From assembly GCA_013239625.1 (NCBI GenBank), contig MU057344.1, forward strand, positions 374,276-438,275: a DNA stretch of 64,000 nucleotides, given 5' to 3'. Origin of the DNA: Lama guanicoe. Its lineage: Eukaryota. A program made the translations under genes and the position numbers. Below, one piece after another: positions 11,301-23,757 of the stretch. Positions within the stretch are counted from its first letter, which is position 1. Every line of letters starts with the position of its first letter. Under the pieces are notes generated by a model. That model was not told the origin of the DNA. It did not search any database and saw nothing but the letters and a program-made list of their open reading frames with translations.

Positions 11301-14300
11301 GAGGTCAGCAGGCCCCACTGGCCACACCACTGCCCAGGGGCTAGCCTGGCCCACCCCTAAATGCTGCCCTGTCAGGTGGGTTTGTGGAGGTGGGAAAGGC
11401 AGGTCGCAGAAGGCCAGGGCAACACCAGCTGGGAAGGAGGCCAATGACCCTGGGGTCAGAAACAGGATGGGGAGGTCCAGGTGTCAGGTTCAGAGGGGTG
11501 AGGAGGGCAGCAGGGGAGGGGCCCCGGGCAGAGCCAGCAGTGGCTGTGGCCCAGGCATATCCCACACTGCGGCCTCCTGGAGGCCCAGGAAGCAGGGCGG
11601 GCAGGCGGGGCCTGCAGCAGAAGGTGCCCTGGGGCCCCACCCCACTGGAGCCCAGCCCTGCCCAGCACAACGCGATTTCCATGCCTGGGACTTGGGCCTG
11701 GAGTAGGAACAAGAGCTACGAGACCAGGCAGGAAGCAGCCTCTTGGCCTGCTGGGTCCGGACCCCTGGACTCGGCTAGTCCCAGGCAGCAGGTGTCAGGA
11801 GGCTCCTGCAGAGCTGGCACCCACACTCCCACCCAGGGAGCAAGGACCCAAGCTACCCCGCCCACTGGGAGAGGGCCTGAGACATCTGGGCAGAGAGGAC
11901 GGAGGAGATGGGGCCAGCCCGGGAGGGAGGGGGCACCCCACCAGGGTCCTATAGTGACCCCCAGGCACCTCCCAGGGCAGCCACACACGCACAGATGGGG
12001 TGCACACCCCAACAGGCAGAAAGTGTCATTTCTTGGGACCCTCCTCTCCCCAGCCAGGAGTAGACACTGTGTCTGCTGCCCCCATTCACGCACCACAGTC
12101 CCGCAGAGCTGAGGTCCAGGGAGGCCGTGACCCTGCCCAAGACCCAGCCAAGGAGGCCATACAGAAGGTGGTCACCACAGGAAGACCTGAGGTGGCCTGG
12201 AGACCCCTGGGGTCCTCCAACTGCAGCCAGCACATAGGGGGCTGCAGTGAGCCCTCCGGGGGACCCAGCAGGCCCAGAGCACCATCTCTGAGTGACAACA
12301 GCAACAGAGACCTGGGAGGGACCTGGCTCCCGCCTCACTGTCCAGGTGGCCCGGCTGGTGACCCCCAACGCACTCATGCCCCCACCCTCCTGACTCACCC
12401 ACTGCCTCACCCAGCCTCCACACCCCAGGGCTGGCCTGGCTCCCTCAGAGGTGGGCACCCTGAGCCCCTACCGCCCAGGTAGCCAGCACCTCCAGAGGAC
12501 CCATCACCCAGGGCTGCCCAAGGCCTCTGTGCACCCCACCTAAGCACGGATGCCCCTCCCAGGATTCAGAGACCCTGCTTCCCCAACACCCCCAGCCTGA
12601 GAAACCCATGTCTCCCAGCCTGCACAACAGAGCACTCGGCCCTCTACCTGGGAGCTGGGGCACTGAGAGGCAGCCAGGCCAGACCAGCAGGCACCCAAGC
12701 CTCCAGGACAAAGGGCACAGGTGCACAATGCTGTCGATTGATGGCCTGGGACAGGGTCGAGGTCGGGGTGGGGTCGGGGGGGCCTCAGGGAGCATGGGGA
12801 ATGCCCCCAAGCAACTCGGGGCTCCCTCCTGGGCCGGGCCTCACCAGGTGGGAGAGCAGGCCTCAGGAGCAGCGGTCAGTGAAGACACCCTCAGTGTGGT
12901 CACCCAGGGCACCCCTGCTGGCATCTTGCCCCCAACCTCAGAATTCCTGGCGAGAGCCCGGTTAACCTGGAACTTGGGCTGCCCAGCCCCACCCGCCACC
13001 CCCACAGACTCGCCCCGGCCAGGAATCTGCTCAGAGTGGGGCTCTTGGAGTTGAGCCCAGGGCCCAGGAGGACCCTCAGGCTCCCAGAGGCCACAGCACG
13101 CCACAGGCCAGCAGGATGACCCCAGCTGTGTCCCCAGAGGCACAGAGTCCCCCCATGAGTCAGGGCTCCTCAGTTCCCTCGGCGTTTTCACAGGTCCCCT
13201 CACTGCCTCCTGACCCGGCTCAGGTTCTGCAGGGTGAGGGGACCTTGTCCTTCACGTGCTGCCACAAACAGGGGTGACCTGTCTGGACTCTCCCCACACT
13301 CCTGGGGCAGTGACAGTGACAGTGACAGTAGAGCTGCAGAGGGCAGAGGGAGGCTGCAGGCAGTCTGGGACAGGCCAAGCGCAGGCCCCAGCACACCGCC
13401 CACGGCCCACAGACAGTTGGCCCCAGGACCGGAGCTCCCGGCCCAGAGACACAGGAGCCAGGTCCCCTGCCAGGCGGACAAGCTTAGTGCCAAGCGCAGC
13501 CAGGCCTGGAAACAGCAGAACAACTCCGGTAGTGGAAATCTGTGAGCTGAGGACCCTCAGCCTCTGCTTCCCAGCCCAAACACCAGTCCCAGACCCCAGC
13601 TGCAAAGCCATTCACCAAACCCAATGCTTGGCATCTCCAGGCGAGACCACCACAGGTCTAGAGACCCTCCCCAGCTTCACTGGGACAGAACAGCTGTGAC
13701 CTGCATGGGAAAAGTGCAAGGTGGGCAAAGCACTCTCCACTCAGTTGCTCAAAGATGCCTGTGGGGAGCAGGGCCAGCCCAGAGCCCATGGCCACACCTC
13801 AGACTCCCCCTTCCCTTCCTGGTCAGCTGTGGCTGTGAGCAGAGGCCCCAGGAACTCAGGGCCCAGCCCACAGCGAGAGGAGGGGTTGGGGCAAGAAGCC
13901 CAGGCCCACCAGCTACTCCTCACAGTCCCCAATCTGAGGTGACCCCTCTCATGCAGGGGTCACTGACCCAGCCCAGCCAGGACCTGCCCTCTTTCTCAAA
14001 CATCCAGCTACATCCATGAGGTACCAAGGTTGAGCCTCCAGCTCTCATTTATTCTGAAGTGTGAGTGACTAATCAGCCCCTCCCAGAAGAAATTATTCTA
14101 CTCAAGAAATGATCATATAGAATAAATAAAGCTTGGAGTGCTGTAGGCAGATCTCATAGAAGGGGAGAAAGACGGCAGATCCTCTCCCAGGTTTCTGAAG
14201 CCAACAGGCCATGAACCAGAGGTCTGGCGGGAGGTGTGGGTGAGGGAGTGGAATAAGGTGAGCCTCCCCTGTTCTGTCTGCCTGTGTGCCTTCCAGAGTC

Positions 14301-16287
14301 ACCCCAATCCTTCCCCCACCCCAGCCTACCAGCCTAGTCCTGTTTCCTCCCCCACATCCCAGCCATGCAAAACAGACAACTTGAAGAACTCCTATGCATA
14401 CTCCAAGACCCAGATCTGCCTGCCCACCATCCTCCAAGGCCAGGGCACCCGTAAGTCCTGCAAACCCCACAGCAGACCTGCCCTCTGCTGGGAGTGTACA
14501 TTGTGGGTGTGGAGTCTCTGCAGCTCAGTGGCTATCAGACACAAGAGCAATGTCGTATCAGTCAGGATGCACCCCAGAGCACCATTCAAGGGCAGCAACC
14601 TGGGCGAGCTGGGCATATGCCATGCCACACACTTCCTGCAGACTTGGGTTTGTGACAGAGCATGTGCGACTCTGGTGATTTTTGCTAAAACAATAAACTA
14701 AATGAAAAAGAAAAGTTCACTTCCATAGACCTAATGCTTACAGTCAAAGCAGTCCAGACCCAGAGGAGTGAGACAGTGAGAGATTGCCCAGTGAGGGCAG
14801 GCCAGGCAGCCTGGACCAGACTCCCTAAATCAATGTCCTACTCTGAAGAGCCCAGCCTGGGGGCGGCTCCTAATCTGAGCCCCGTAGGGCTGGGGCCTCC
14901 AGCTTTCCCAGGCTGCCAAGGGCACACCTTCCCCTCTCTGCCTCTCCCTGGTGTTGGAGAAGCCCAAGAGAATCTAGTTGTCTATACACCCCTTAGGCCT
15001 CCCTGAGAGCCACAGATGGTCTTAGCTTGACCTGGGGGGCCCATGCAAACTATACAATCCAGGAAACGGCCTCAATGTCAAAGCCCCAAGACTCAGCCAC
15101 ATACAAGGACACAGGCTGCCTGAGGGCGCCCAGGCACACCTGCTCAGCCCACGAGGCCTCTGGGTACCCAGCCCCCCAGCACCGCTGAGCAAGGGACTCA
15201 GGTTACCCGTGACTGTGCTGGGTCAGGCCTCCAGCGGACAGCCAGCCTCCTGCTCACCACTCACCATTCCAAAAGCCCAGCCCAGCACAAACAGGATGTC
15301 CCCTCGGCCAGGATAGCCACTGCTAAGGGCTGATGTGGGGACGCTGACCCAGAGGCAGCCCGGAGTCAGCAGGTGGCCTGGGCTGTTCCGAGGAACCCAA
15401 GTGCTGAGCAGCTCAGCAGGAGCAGAGGCCCTGCGGCCAGCAACCCCAGGGCAGGAGTGGGCAGGATGACATCCCACGGTCCCCTGTGGCCCTTGACCTC
15501 TGCCCTGTCCTGAGGACCCTGTAGAAGGCCAGGAGGAGGCTGTCTTGAGCCTCCAGAAACTTCTACAGATCCCAGTAGACAGATCCATGCCCCTGTCCCA
15601 GCTAACCTCACTTCCCCCATGCTAACTAGGGGACCCACTGGGTGACTGGCACCCTGCCCTCTGCCCAACCCTTTTCCCCGGGCCCTTGGACACTCTTCTG
15701 ATTCCAAGCTCCACGAATCACAAGCTCTCCTGGCCATCCCCCAACATCTGCCCTCCACAGACGTGGGGCAGGGAATTCTGAAGCTGACAGGTGCCAAAGT
15801 GGGATTCGGAAGTCGACCTGGACCACAGACCTATACCGGAAGATCACACAAGCTCAGGACAAGGCCCAGGGTGCGCGGAGAAGCCAGGACCCTCGCCGGT
15901 CCACGGCCCTGAGTTCTCAGGCTCCTACACAGGCCGTCAGGGGCCCAGGCAGTGTCCCCTCTCTGAGCACAGACAGGTGGGACACACCGCACTAGGGCAA
16001 GCAGGCGCGTGGAGGCACCGACCGGGTCGCAGCCCCAGGATCCCCATGCCCCGCCTGGCGCAGACAGGTGCCGACACGCGAGCCCGAGCTCGCGCACAGG
16101 CCCCGCTGCCCACTGACCCGAAGTCCTGGTCCATGGACTTGAAGAAGAATTTGTAGGCGTGCACGGGCCGGTTGCTGAGCACGTTCTTAAAGTCGGCCAG
16201 CGTGACGCGCTCGGGCGCCACGGGCAGCTTGACCAGGTACGGCGTCTCCTCCTCGTCCATGTGATAGATAATCTTGGTCTCCGCCAT
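5358..16287 (-). CDS. DVL1: Dishevelled-1 (DIX-PDZ-DEP Wnt signalling scaffold), 15 exons, 695 aa
   Basis: Exons in transcript order: 16287-16118, 10672-10603, 10473-10352, 10075-9972, 9783-9645, 9449-9356, 9256-9187, 9081-8942, 8868-8792, 8683-8616, 8481-8329, 7708-7577, 7456-7289, 7206-7000, 5731-5358; total 2088 nt. [20 protein letters not shown] (DIX), [19 protein letters not shown] (PDZ), [15 protein letters not shown] (DEP), C-terminal [11 protein letters not shown]. Confidence 0.98.
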
Positions 16288-17150
16288 GGTGCGGCGCTCA
16301 GGCGCGGCCCGGGCCTCGGACGCGGGCGCCTCTCCGCCGCCGGCCCGCGCCCCGCCCGCGCCGCGCTCCCGGCCCGGCCGCGACCAGGCCTCCCCGCCCC
16401 CGCCCGGCCGCNNNNNNNNNNNNNNNNNNNNNNNNNNNNNNNNNNNNNNNNNNNNNNNNNNNNNNNNNNNNNNNNNNNNNNNNNNNNNNNNNNNNNNNNN
16501 NNNNNNNNNNNNNNNNNNNNNNNNNNNNNNNNNNNNNNNNNNNNNNNNNNNNNNNNNNNNNNNNNNNNNNNNNNNNNNNNNNNNNNNNNNNNNNNNNNNN
16601 NNNNNNNNNNNNNNNNNNNNNNNNNNNNNNNNNNNNNNNNNNNNNNNNNNNNNCTCGGCTGCTCGCGGCCGCTGGGGGCGCCCGAGAGCCGCGGGCCTGA
16701 CGTCAGCGGACGGCCCGCGGCGCGGGGGTGGAGCTGCGCAAGCGCGGGCGGGTTGGGCGGGGCGCGCGTGGGTGGCGGGGTTTCCCTGCCTGCGTCCCGG
16801 GCTCAGAGCCTTCGGCCCACGCCCCGGGCGCCCCCGACACGCGCAGGCCAGCGTCCTGGGGTCCCTGATTCTCGGCCTATGGGCGGTCTGGGGGGCACCC
16901 CTTGAGGAAAAGGTGGGTGGGGACCTTCCGGAGGCTCCGCACCCCGTCTGCCCGTCGCGCCCCCACCGGAAGTCTTCGGAGGGGTTCCGCGCGGCCCGGT
17001 TCCGGGTCTCCATCCCTTTAGAGTCCGGAGGCGCCCAGGTCACATCGGCGGGCTGCGGGAGACCGCGGGAATTCTTGTGTCCGGGCTGGAACTGAGGACA
17101 CTTGGTCACTTTGCGCCCCCGCACCAGCTTGGAGCTGGCGCTCCAGGTCC
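15900..17150. promoter_or_regulatory. DVL1 promoter CpG island with full CRE
   Basis: Very CpG-rich around exon 1; palindromic TGACGTCA 16698-16705; GC boxes; interrupted by a 242-N gap. Confidence 0.8.
16412..16653. other. Assembly gap (242 N) in DVL1 5'UTR/promoter
   Basis: Run of N. Confidence 0.99.
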
Positions 17151-18489
17151 TACGGGGGCTTCAAGAAATAGAAGCCAAGTGAATGCAGATGCCCATGTGG
17201 ACGTGGGAGTGAAAGTGTGAACACGTGTTTGTGATGCTCAGGCGACAGTGGGGGTCAGCACGGGCAGCCGTGTGCACGCACGCACGCACGCAGGAGGTGC
17301 CTGGGCACGGTGCTCCTGACAGCCAGTGTAGGGACTTTTTCCCCGGCTCCTGTCCATCCAACCAGCCTGGGGTCCTCTATGGGGCAAGGAAAACGCAGTG
17401 TGAGGGGTCCAGCCCACTGGGGACGGCTGTTCTCCCTCCCCTACCCCAGCAGGAAAACTTGAGGCCACTAGGAGGCCCATGCTGGCCAGAGCAAGAAGGG
17501 GAAAGGCCCTAGGATAGGGCCTGAGAGTGATGCCCCTGAGACCTGTCTCCAGCACTTCCCTCGAGGCTGGCAGAGCCTGGTACTCTCCTGCATACCAGGT
17601 CATGGCCATTCGCAGGCAGTGGATCAGAACAAGAAAAGACTCTATTAGTCCATCACTGACTGGAGGAACCAGAGTTTGGCCATAAGTCTAGGCTAGGGAC
17701 CACCCCCGGTGAGCCTAGGGCGTGGGTCCTGACCTCCATTCCCCTAGGCTCTGATGAGGAGAGCAGGGCTCTGTGAGGTTGGCACCCACCCAGCAAAGCC
17801 TGGGCCTTCTCCTCTTGGGTCTCAGTGTCCCCAGAGGTAATCTAAGGAAACCAGGCAGGATGGCCTTAGAGGAAGGGTCCTTCGTGGCTGTCTGCTGGGT
17901 ATTCAGGGAAGGGGGAAAATGGTGCCATGAGAGCTCACCAGGGGACCAGCACCCCCAGGCCAAACACTAATGGCTGCAGGTCACACAGATGCAGGGGATC
18001 TGATGCCCCAGCTGCACTCCAGCCCCCAAGCCTCTGTCTCCCACCTGAAACAGCCCAAGTCACAGGAGAGAGGCTGGTAACCAAAGGCCAGAGGCCAATC
18101 CCAGCGCCAGTGCTGAAGTGGTCCAGCTGGGCCCCTTCAAGGAGGGTGAGTTTGTGACCACAGCCTGAACTCTTACAGGAGGTGCCTTGTCCAGTGGCAG
18201 TGTGGCTTTGTGGGGCCAGGAGTCCTTGGGCTGGGAGGGAGGCACATTCTGAAGCCAGCCACAGCTGCTCGTCCCAGCCTCCCTCCCTGCCTTTGCCACC
18301 ATGGGGTCAGCGTGATGAGAAAACAGCTATTTTGAGTTGCTGCCCAGGCACTTCACAGTGTGACGACCCTGCCCATACCGGGAGTCGGGTCATTTAGATA
18401 AGGATTTCCACCACCTTGCTTTTTCTGGGCCATCTTTTAAAATGACCAGAGTTGAGCCCGTGAAAGTCAGTGACTGCCGCCCCAACCAC

Positions 18490-19050
18490 CTTATAAGTCA
18501 TAGATGCCCACTACCCTCCTGTCCATCTCCTGCTCACCAGGGGCCTGGTTGTAAGACTGCCCTTCCCCTAGCTCACTGGGCACCGTCCCCACCAACAGCA
18601 GGATCTCTGAGTAACAAGTTTTGTGACTCTAGTTCTTTGTGTGAGGTATTGAAACTGTGCCTTCATCAAAGGACCCTGGGGTTTTCACTTTCCCAAAGTG
18701 GGAGCTGGGATACTGGGGGAGCCAGCTGCCGACCCAACCCCATGTGGTATCTGGTGCTTCCTCACTCAGCAGGTCAGAATCCGCACACTCTCAACACACT
18801 GCTCTGGATTTTCCAAGTAGGGTGACAGTCACTCTTTCCTGCCCCCTGCTGTCCTGGGAGGGCTTTGGAGGATGAGGTCAAGGTTGGAGGAATGGGTTTC
18901 TTCCCCCAGCAGCTCCCTTCCCTTCCCTCGTGTGCTGCCAGCACCCCTGTCTGAATGCCCTCCTGCTATCTGCTTCCTCCCCGTTTATCCTCGTACATCT
19001 AATCTCATCTCAGTGTCCACGTCCCTTCTCAGAGGACTAAACTGATACAG
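18490..19050. mobile_element. Degenerate ERVL-type solo LTR (LTR16/LTR33-like)
   Basis: End ...ctaatctcatctcagtgtcc...cttctcagaggactaaactgataca resembles recalled ERVL LTR 3' termini; left boundary and family uncertain. Confidence 0.4.
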
Positions 19051-19324
19051 TCTACCCTCTACCTTCACATCCACCAACACAGCCGCCACGTCCAAATAAA
19101 CCCTCAGAAGAGGATGTGAAACTCCTTCCCAACCAGGAATAAGTGCATACAATCGACTACCGTCGCCCTTCTTAGACCTTCACCCAATGTGTGGGTGATG
19201 ACAGTGTGACTTCAGATGAAGGAAAGCACTTGGGGGTTCCCAAGGCCCAGACTCTGCCCTCCAGGGAGATGGAGGGGGAGAGAAGAGACATACCTGGGGC
19301 CAAGTCTAAAAATCAGGTGTGGTC

Positions 19325-19330
19325 TTTATT
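19325..19330 (-). terminator. AATAAA polyadenylation signal of MXRA8
   Basis: TTTATT on +, about 840 nt downstream of the MXRA8 stop. Confidence 0.8.
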
Positions 19331-20172
19331 GTGACGGTGGCAATTCCCTGGGATGAGCAAATGTGGGGTGTCAGGAGTGGCAGCTCTGGCCACTCTAAAA
19401 GCATCTTCAACCCCCTCCTGTCCTCAGCCAAAACAGAAGTCAAAGGAGGCCTCACCCCCGGACTCCAGCCCAGGGAGCTAAGGGAAGGGGGTCAGGGTCA
19501 AAAGTCACGTGGAGCCTAGTGACTGTCAAGGCAGCTTGTTGGAAATGGGGCTGGAGCAGGGTGGAAAGCAGAGAAGGGGCCCCAGGGCAGCACCAGGGGG
19601 CCCGGGGCAGCACAAAGGGATGTTAGCCCACGGCGTGGAGTATGCAGTCCTCAGGTTCCCGTGCAGAGGCCACGGCAGCTGGCAGGTAACACAGTACAGC
19701 CTAGGGGAGCCAGCAGGCACTCCCCAAGGAAGGGTGAGGAGGGTGGGAGTGCCAGCCCCAAGGCGAGTCCCAGCTCTGAGACTCCCCCTGAGCTCCTCCA
19801 AGAGTGTCTTCCCACCCCCAGCCCTGCAGAGGTGGGACTCTGGGCCGCCAGGAGGCAGAAGCCAGGAAAACTTGGGAGGGGGGTGGCTGCAGGAGGAGGA
19901 GGAGGGAAGGGCACCAGCCGAGGGTGCTGAAGGGCACAGCTGCAGGGCCCGCAGTCCCTGGGAGCCCACTATTGCTGGTGAGGACAGGGTGGCTCCTGAG
20001 AGGGGTCTGGAGGCAGCCTCACGCTGCACCAGTCCAGGCCAAGCTCCAGGACAGCGGAACCAGCCGCTGGAAGGGGGGCCAGGTGAGCTGCATAGGGGCC
20101 AGGAGGAGTCCTCCGAGACGGACAGGCAGGAGCTGGCAGAGCTGCTGGCCCAGCCAGGAGCCCGGGATCACC

Positions 20173-23100
20173 TTACTTGCAGTACTCCTTCCTGAACTCT
20201 GGAAGCCAAGGGGACAGGTGGGTGTCTGCCCTCTGTTTCTCTGTTGCAGGGGGAGGAGGGGAAATAGGGCAGACATCCAGGAGGACTGCTCGGGGGCATC
20301 TGGAACACTGAGGTGGCAGGGGACTCCTGCCCGTGGTGTGGCTGGTGCCTTGGCGTTCTGAGCAGGTGCAGTGGGGTGCCAGCCGGCTCTGAGATGGGCA
20401 GGGGTCTCCCTCCCTCAACTCCACTCACCTTTGTCCAAGTCGATGTTCTTCGGGGGCAGGGGACTGTGGGCCAGCTCAGCCCTCTCCTTCAGGATGTTGT
20501 TTTTGTAATCTGGTACCCGGAGAGAGCAGGGTGAAGGCCCTCCCAGAGATGTGCCTCCCCCACCACAGGCCTGGGAGGCACAGTCTATCCCTTGAGGTCG
20601 CACGGGGCCCCTCACCTAGTTGGATGTCCTCACTCCTGTAAAGAGCCTGATCTCCTGTGGCCACAGCAAACTCTGCCATGTTCACGTCCTTCCTGGAGGA
20701 GGAGGGTGGTGGGAGGTTAGAGTAGTGGGTGGGTCTACCCAGTCCCGGGGAGAGCTGGGAGGGGCACTCACCCCTTGGATTTCAACTTCTTGTCGGAGTA
20801 TTCGTAGCCTGGGGAGGGAGACTCGTGTTGGGGTCAGCCTCGTTCCCTCCCCTGCTCCCCTAGCCCAGAAGAACCCTCCCAAACCCAGCACCCGGGCTCA
20901 CTGGGCCCTCTGCTCAGGCCCCCACACCCCAGACCTCGGGTCGGGAAAGGCTTCCTAGTTCTGGGCTCAGGCCCTGCGCTGTGGAGCCTCGGCTCACCTC
21001 CGCGGCGGCGCTGTCGGGTGGCCAGGACGACAGTGATAAGCAGGAGGATGAAGAGCAGAAGGGTGGCCAGCACGTAGCCCAGCTGCTGGAAGAAGTGCGC
21101 TCGGCCTTCGGGGACGATGACGTTGATGACGCTGCGTCCGCGCGCCAGCGTGGGGTCTGCTGGGGCCGTGCGGGGGCAGCGTCAGGGAGCGCCCGGCGAG
21201 ACCCACCGAGCAGTGCACCCCGACCGTGCCTCCCCAGCGGCGCCGCATGGGTCTTGGTAAGGGACGGGTGGCCGCCGCCCCCGGGGCCTCCCCTCCGCTC
21301 ACACCCAGGTTCCTGATGTGTGACAGGAGTGGATCAGGGAGGTTGGCTGCTGCCAAACGCGCCTCGCCGTTCCCTTCCCCGGAGACGTTCCCCAGGCTCC
21401 CAGGGCGGCCTTCTGCACCTGGGCCGGGGGCGCTGCTGTGGCTGGAGCCGTTGCCCGGCGAGTTCCGCGGGGGCGGCTGGGCGGCGGGCTCGGTGACTCT
21501 CAGGTGGAAGACGCGGCGCTCGTGCAGGCCGCAGTAGTGGTGGTGCAGGTGGCAGGAGTAGGTGCCCTCGTCTGCAGGCTCCAGGGGGTCGATGCGCAGC
21601 GAGAAATCGCCGCGCGCGAAGGCGTCCGTCCCCACCGCCACGCGGTCGCGCAGGAAGGGCGGCCCGTAGGCGCGGCGCTCGCCCGACGCGTACAGGTCGA
21701 GCAGGCGGTCTGCGCGGTCATGCGGCACCCCGGGCGGCTGCCGGTCCCAGTGCACCACCTGCTGCGCCTCCTCCAGGTGCCGGTCGGTCCACACGTGCGC
21801 GCGGTTCACGCACGTCAGCAGCGCGGGCGCCCCACGCTCCACAGCCAGCACCTCCTTCTCGCCGTCCCAGTGCGCGCCGGCCGCCCGGGCTGGGGGAGCG
21901 AGTCGGTTAGGGACCCGGGCCCGGGAGAGAGCCAGGAGGGGGGTGCGAACGGGCGGAAGGGGGACACTCACGGTCATCAGTGACCTTGAGGAGCACGGCC
22001 AGGCTCTCGTAGAGGTGGCAGTAATGGTGATGCAGGTTACAGGTGTACAGCCCCTCGTCCGTCTCCTCCACCGCTACGCACCGGGAGAAAACGCAGCCGT
22101 GAGCTGCGTGGACCCTGCCCACGCCCCCGGAGCCCCCAGGCCGCCGCCGCGGTTCCATGACCCGTACCGCGGATGAACAGTGAGAAGTTGCCGTCGTGGA
22201 AGGCGGAGGGAGGCAGCTGGAGGCGGCGGCGGTCGCGGGGCTCATAAACGCGCTGCTCGCCCGCCGAGTACATGTCCACGAGCCGGCGCGCAGGGCCACC
22301 GGCTGGGCCGCTGCTGAAGTCCCAGTGGACCACGCGCTGGCGGTCGTGCAGCCGGTCTTGGGTCCACACCATACGCGGGCTCTGGCAACGCAGCACGGCC
22401 CGGGCACCGGCCGCCCAGCTCACTGCGGACTCGGACACCACGGAGCTGCCGGCGGTCGCGGTCCCCGACGGCCCTGGTGAGAAGGGAGCGTCACTGGGGG
22501 AGGGGTGTGGCCCAAGAGTCCAGGTGCAGGGTGGGACAAGCAAGACAACAGAAGGACTGATGGAGTTCCCAGGGAGGGCGGTCACTAACCTGAGGACAGA
22601 AGGACAGTAGAGCCTGGAAGAAGAGGGAGAGTGAGTCACACTGGGGCCAGGGGGGCACCTGAGCCTCTACATCAGGGTCACCCACCCAGACTGGACCCCC
22701 ACTTGGTCCCCTGGATCCCTTCTACAGTCCTCGCTGAGGTGGTGCTAATGACACCACTTAACAGGTGGAGTTAAAGCCAGAGCAGCCCGGAGGACACAGG
22801 TGAGGGTCTCTTCCCCCTACCTCTCCCAGGCTCCCACACAATCCTCATGGCCACCTGCCTGGGGTGTGGGGAGAGCAGCTGGCCCTTTGGGGGATGAGGG
22901 CTGGAGCCAGGGTTAGACCGTGGGCAGGCCAGCTCTGGAGTGTGCATGTCACCAAGGGCCACCCTGAGGAGTGGTGGCCACCATCCCCAACACTGCGGCA
23001 AGGCCACAAGAGCACCAGGGCCTGACACCTCGGGCCAGTTTGGGGGGCTCCTTGCACATGCATATCCAGTGTGACACATGCACCTGCCTTCCAAGGTCCT

Positions 23101-23757
23101 CTGACAACTGGTGCCCAACCCCAGAAGCCCCTCGGCCTTCCTAAAGCATGAGAAGCCTGGATGTGGGAAGTGACCCCACCATCTGCCACCCCACAAGCCA
23201 AATTCCTGCACCAGAGATGTGGCTGCGCGCCTGGACTGGACGCAGGAATGTGCCCGGTCAGCAGGCCAGCCCTGGGGGCGGGCTCAGGGGCCCAGGACCC
23301 AAGAGGGCGCCAGAGAAGACCCTGTGCGACCCCCGGTTCCCAGGCTCCCCTTGGTACCCCAGCCCTCTCTCCTCCTGACGGCAGAGCAGCACAGGCCTGA
23401 GGGGCATCCGGGAGACCGGAGAATGGGTGTGCAGGGACCCAGAGGAGCCACTCCCGCCTCAGCCTCCCTGCCCTGCTTGGCCCTCTGGGGCCAGTTCTGT
23501 GCAAGGGGAGGTTATGTGTTGATCTGGGGGCCTTATCATGGTGCCCTGTTCCCTCTGAGGCCCCCAGACCCGTCCCCTTCGGGGTGGGGCGTCCCTCCTC
23601 CCACCCCACCCCGGGCTTGAGCTGAGACAGGCAGCGCAGCCCTGAACACAAACTCACTCAGCCCCACTGGTTGCTTTTGCCTCCTGACCCCCACCCACCC
23701 GAACTCACTCTGCAGAAGCACAAGTTTCCAGAGCAGGACCTGGGCCCGCAGCTCCAT
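20173..23757 (-). CDS. MXRA8: Matrix remodeling-associated protein 8 (limitrin/DICAM; two Ig domains, single TM; alphavirus receptor), 10 exons, 443 aa
   Basis: Exons 23757-23709, 22613-22590 (24-nt microexon), 22473-22168, 22073-21972, 21889-21419, 21156-20998, 20808-20772, 20692-20616, 20509-20429, 20198-20173; total 1332 nt. [17 protein letters not shown] signal, two Ig repeats each with C-x-LHHHYC, RGD at 21606-21614, [22 protein letters not shown]-terminal EFRKEYCK. Confidence 0.97.

Noticed and set aside
13307-13329. (CAGTGA)n repeat in DVL1 intron 1
   Set aside because: Under four units; ordinary microsatellite.
15937-17124. 395-aa ORF implying a long DVL1 N-terminal extension
   Set aside because: Bridges a 242-N gap; the conserved start is ACCATGG at 16287.
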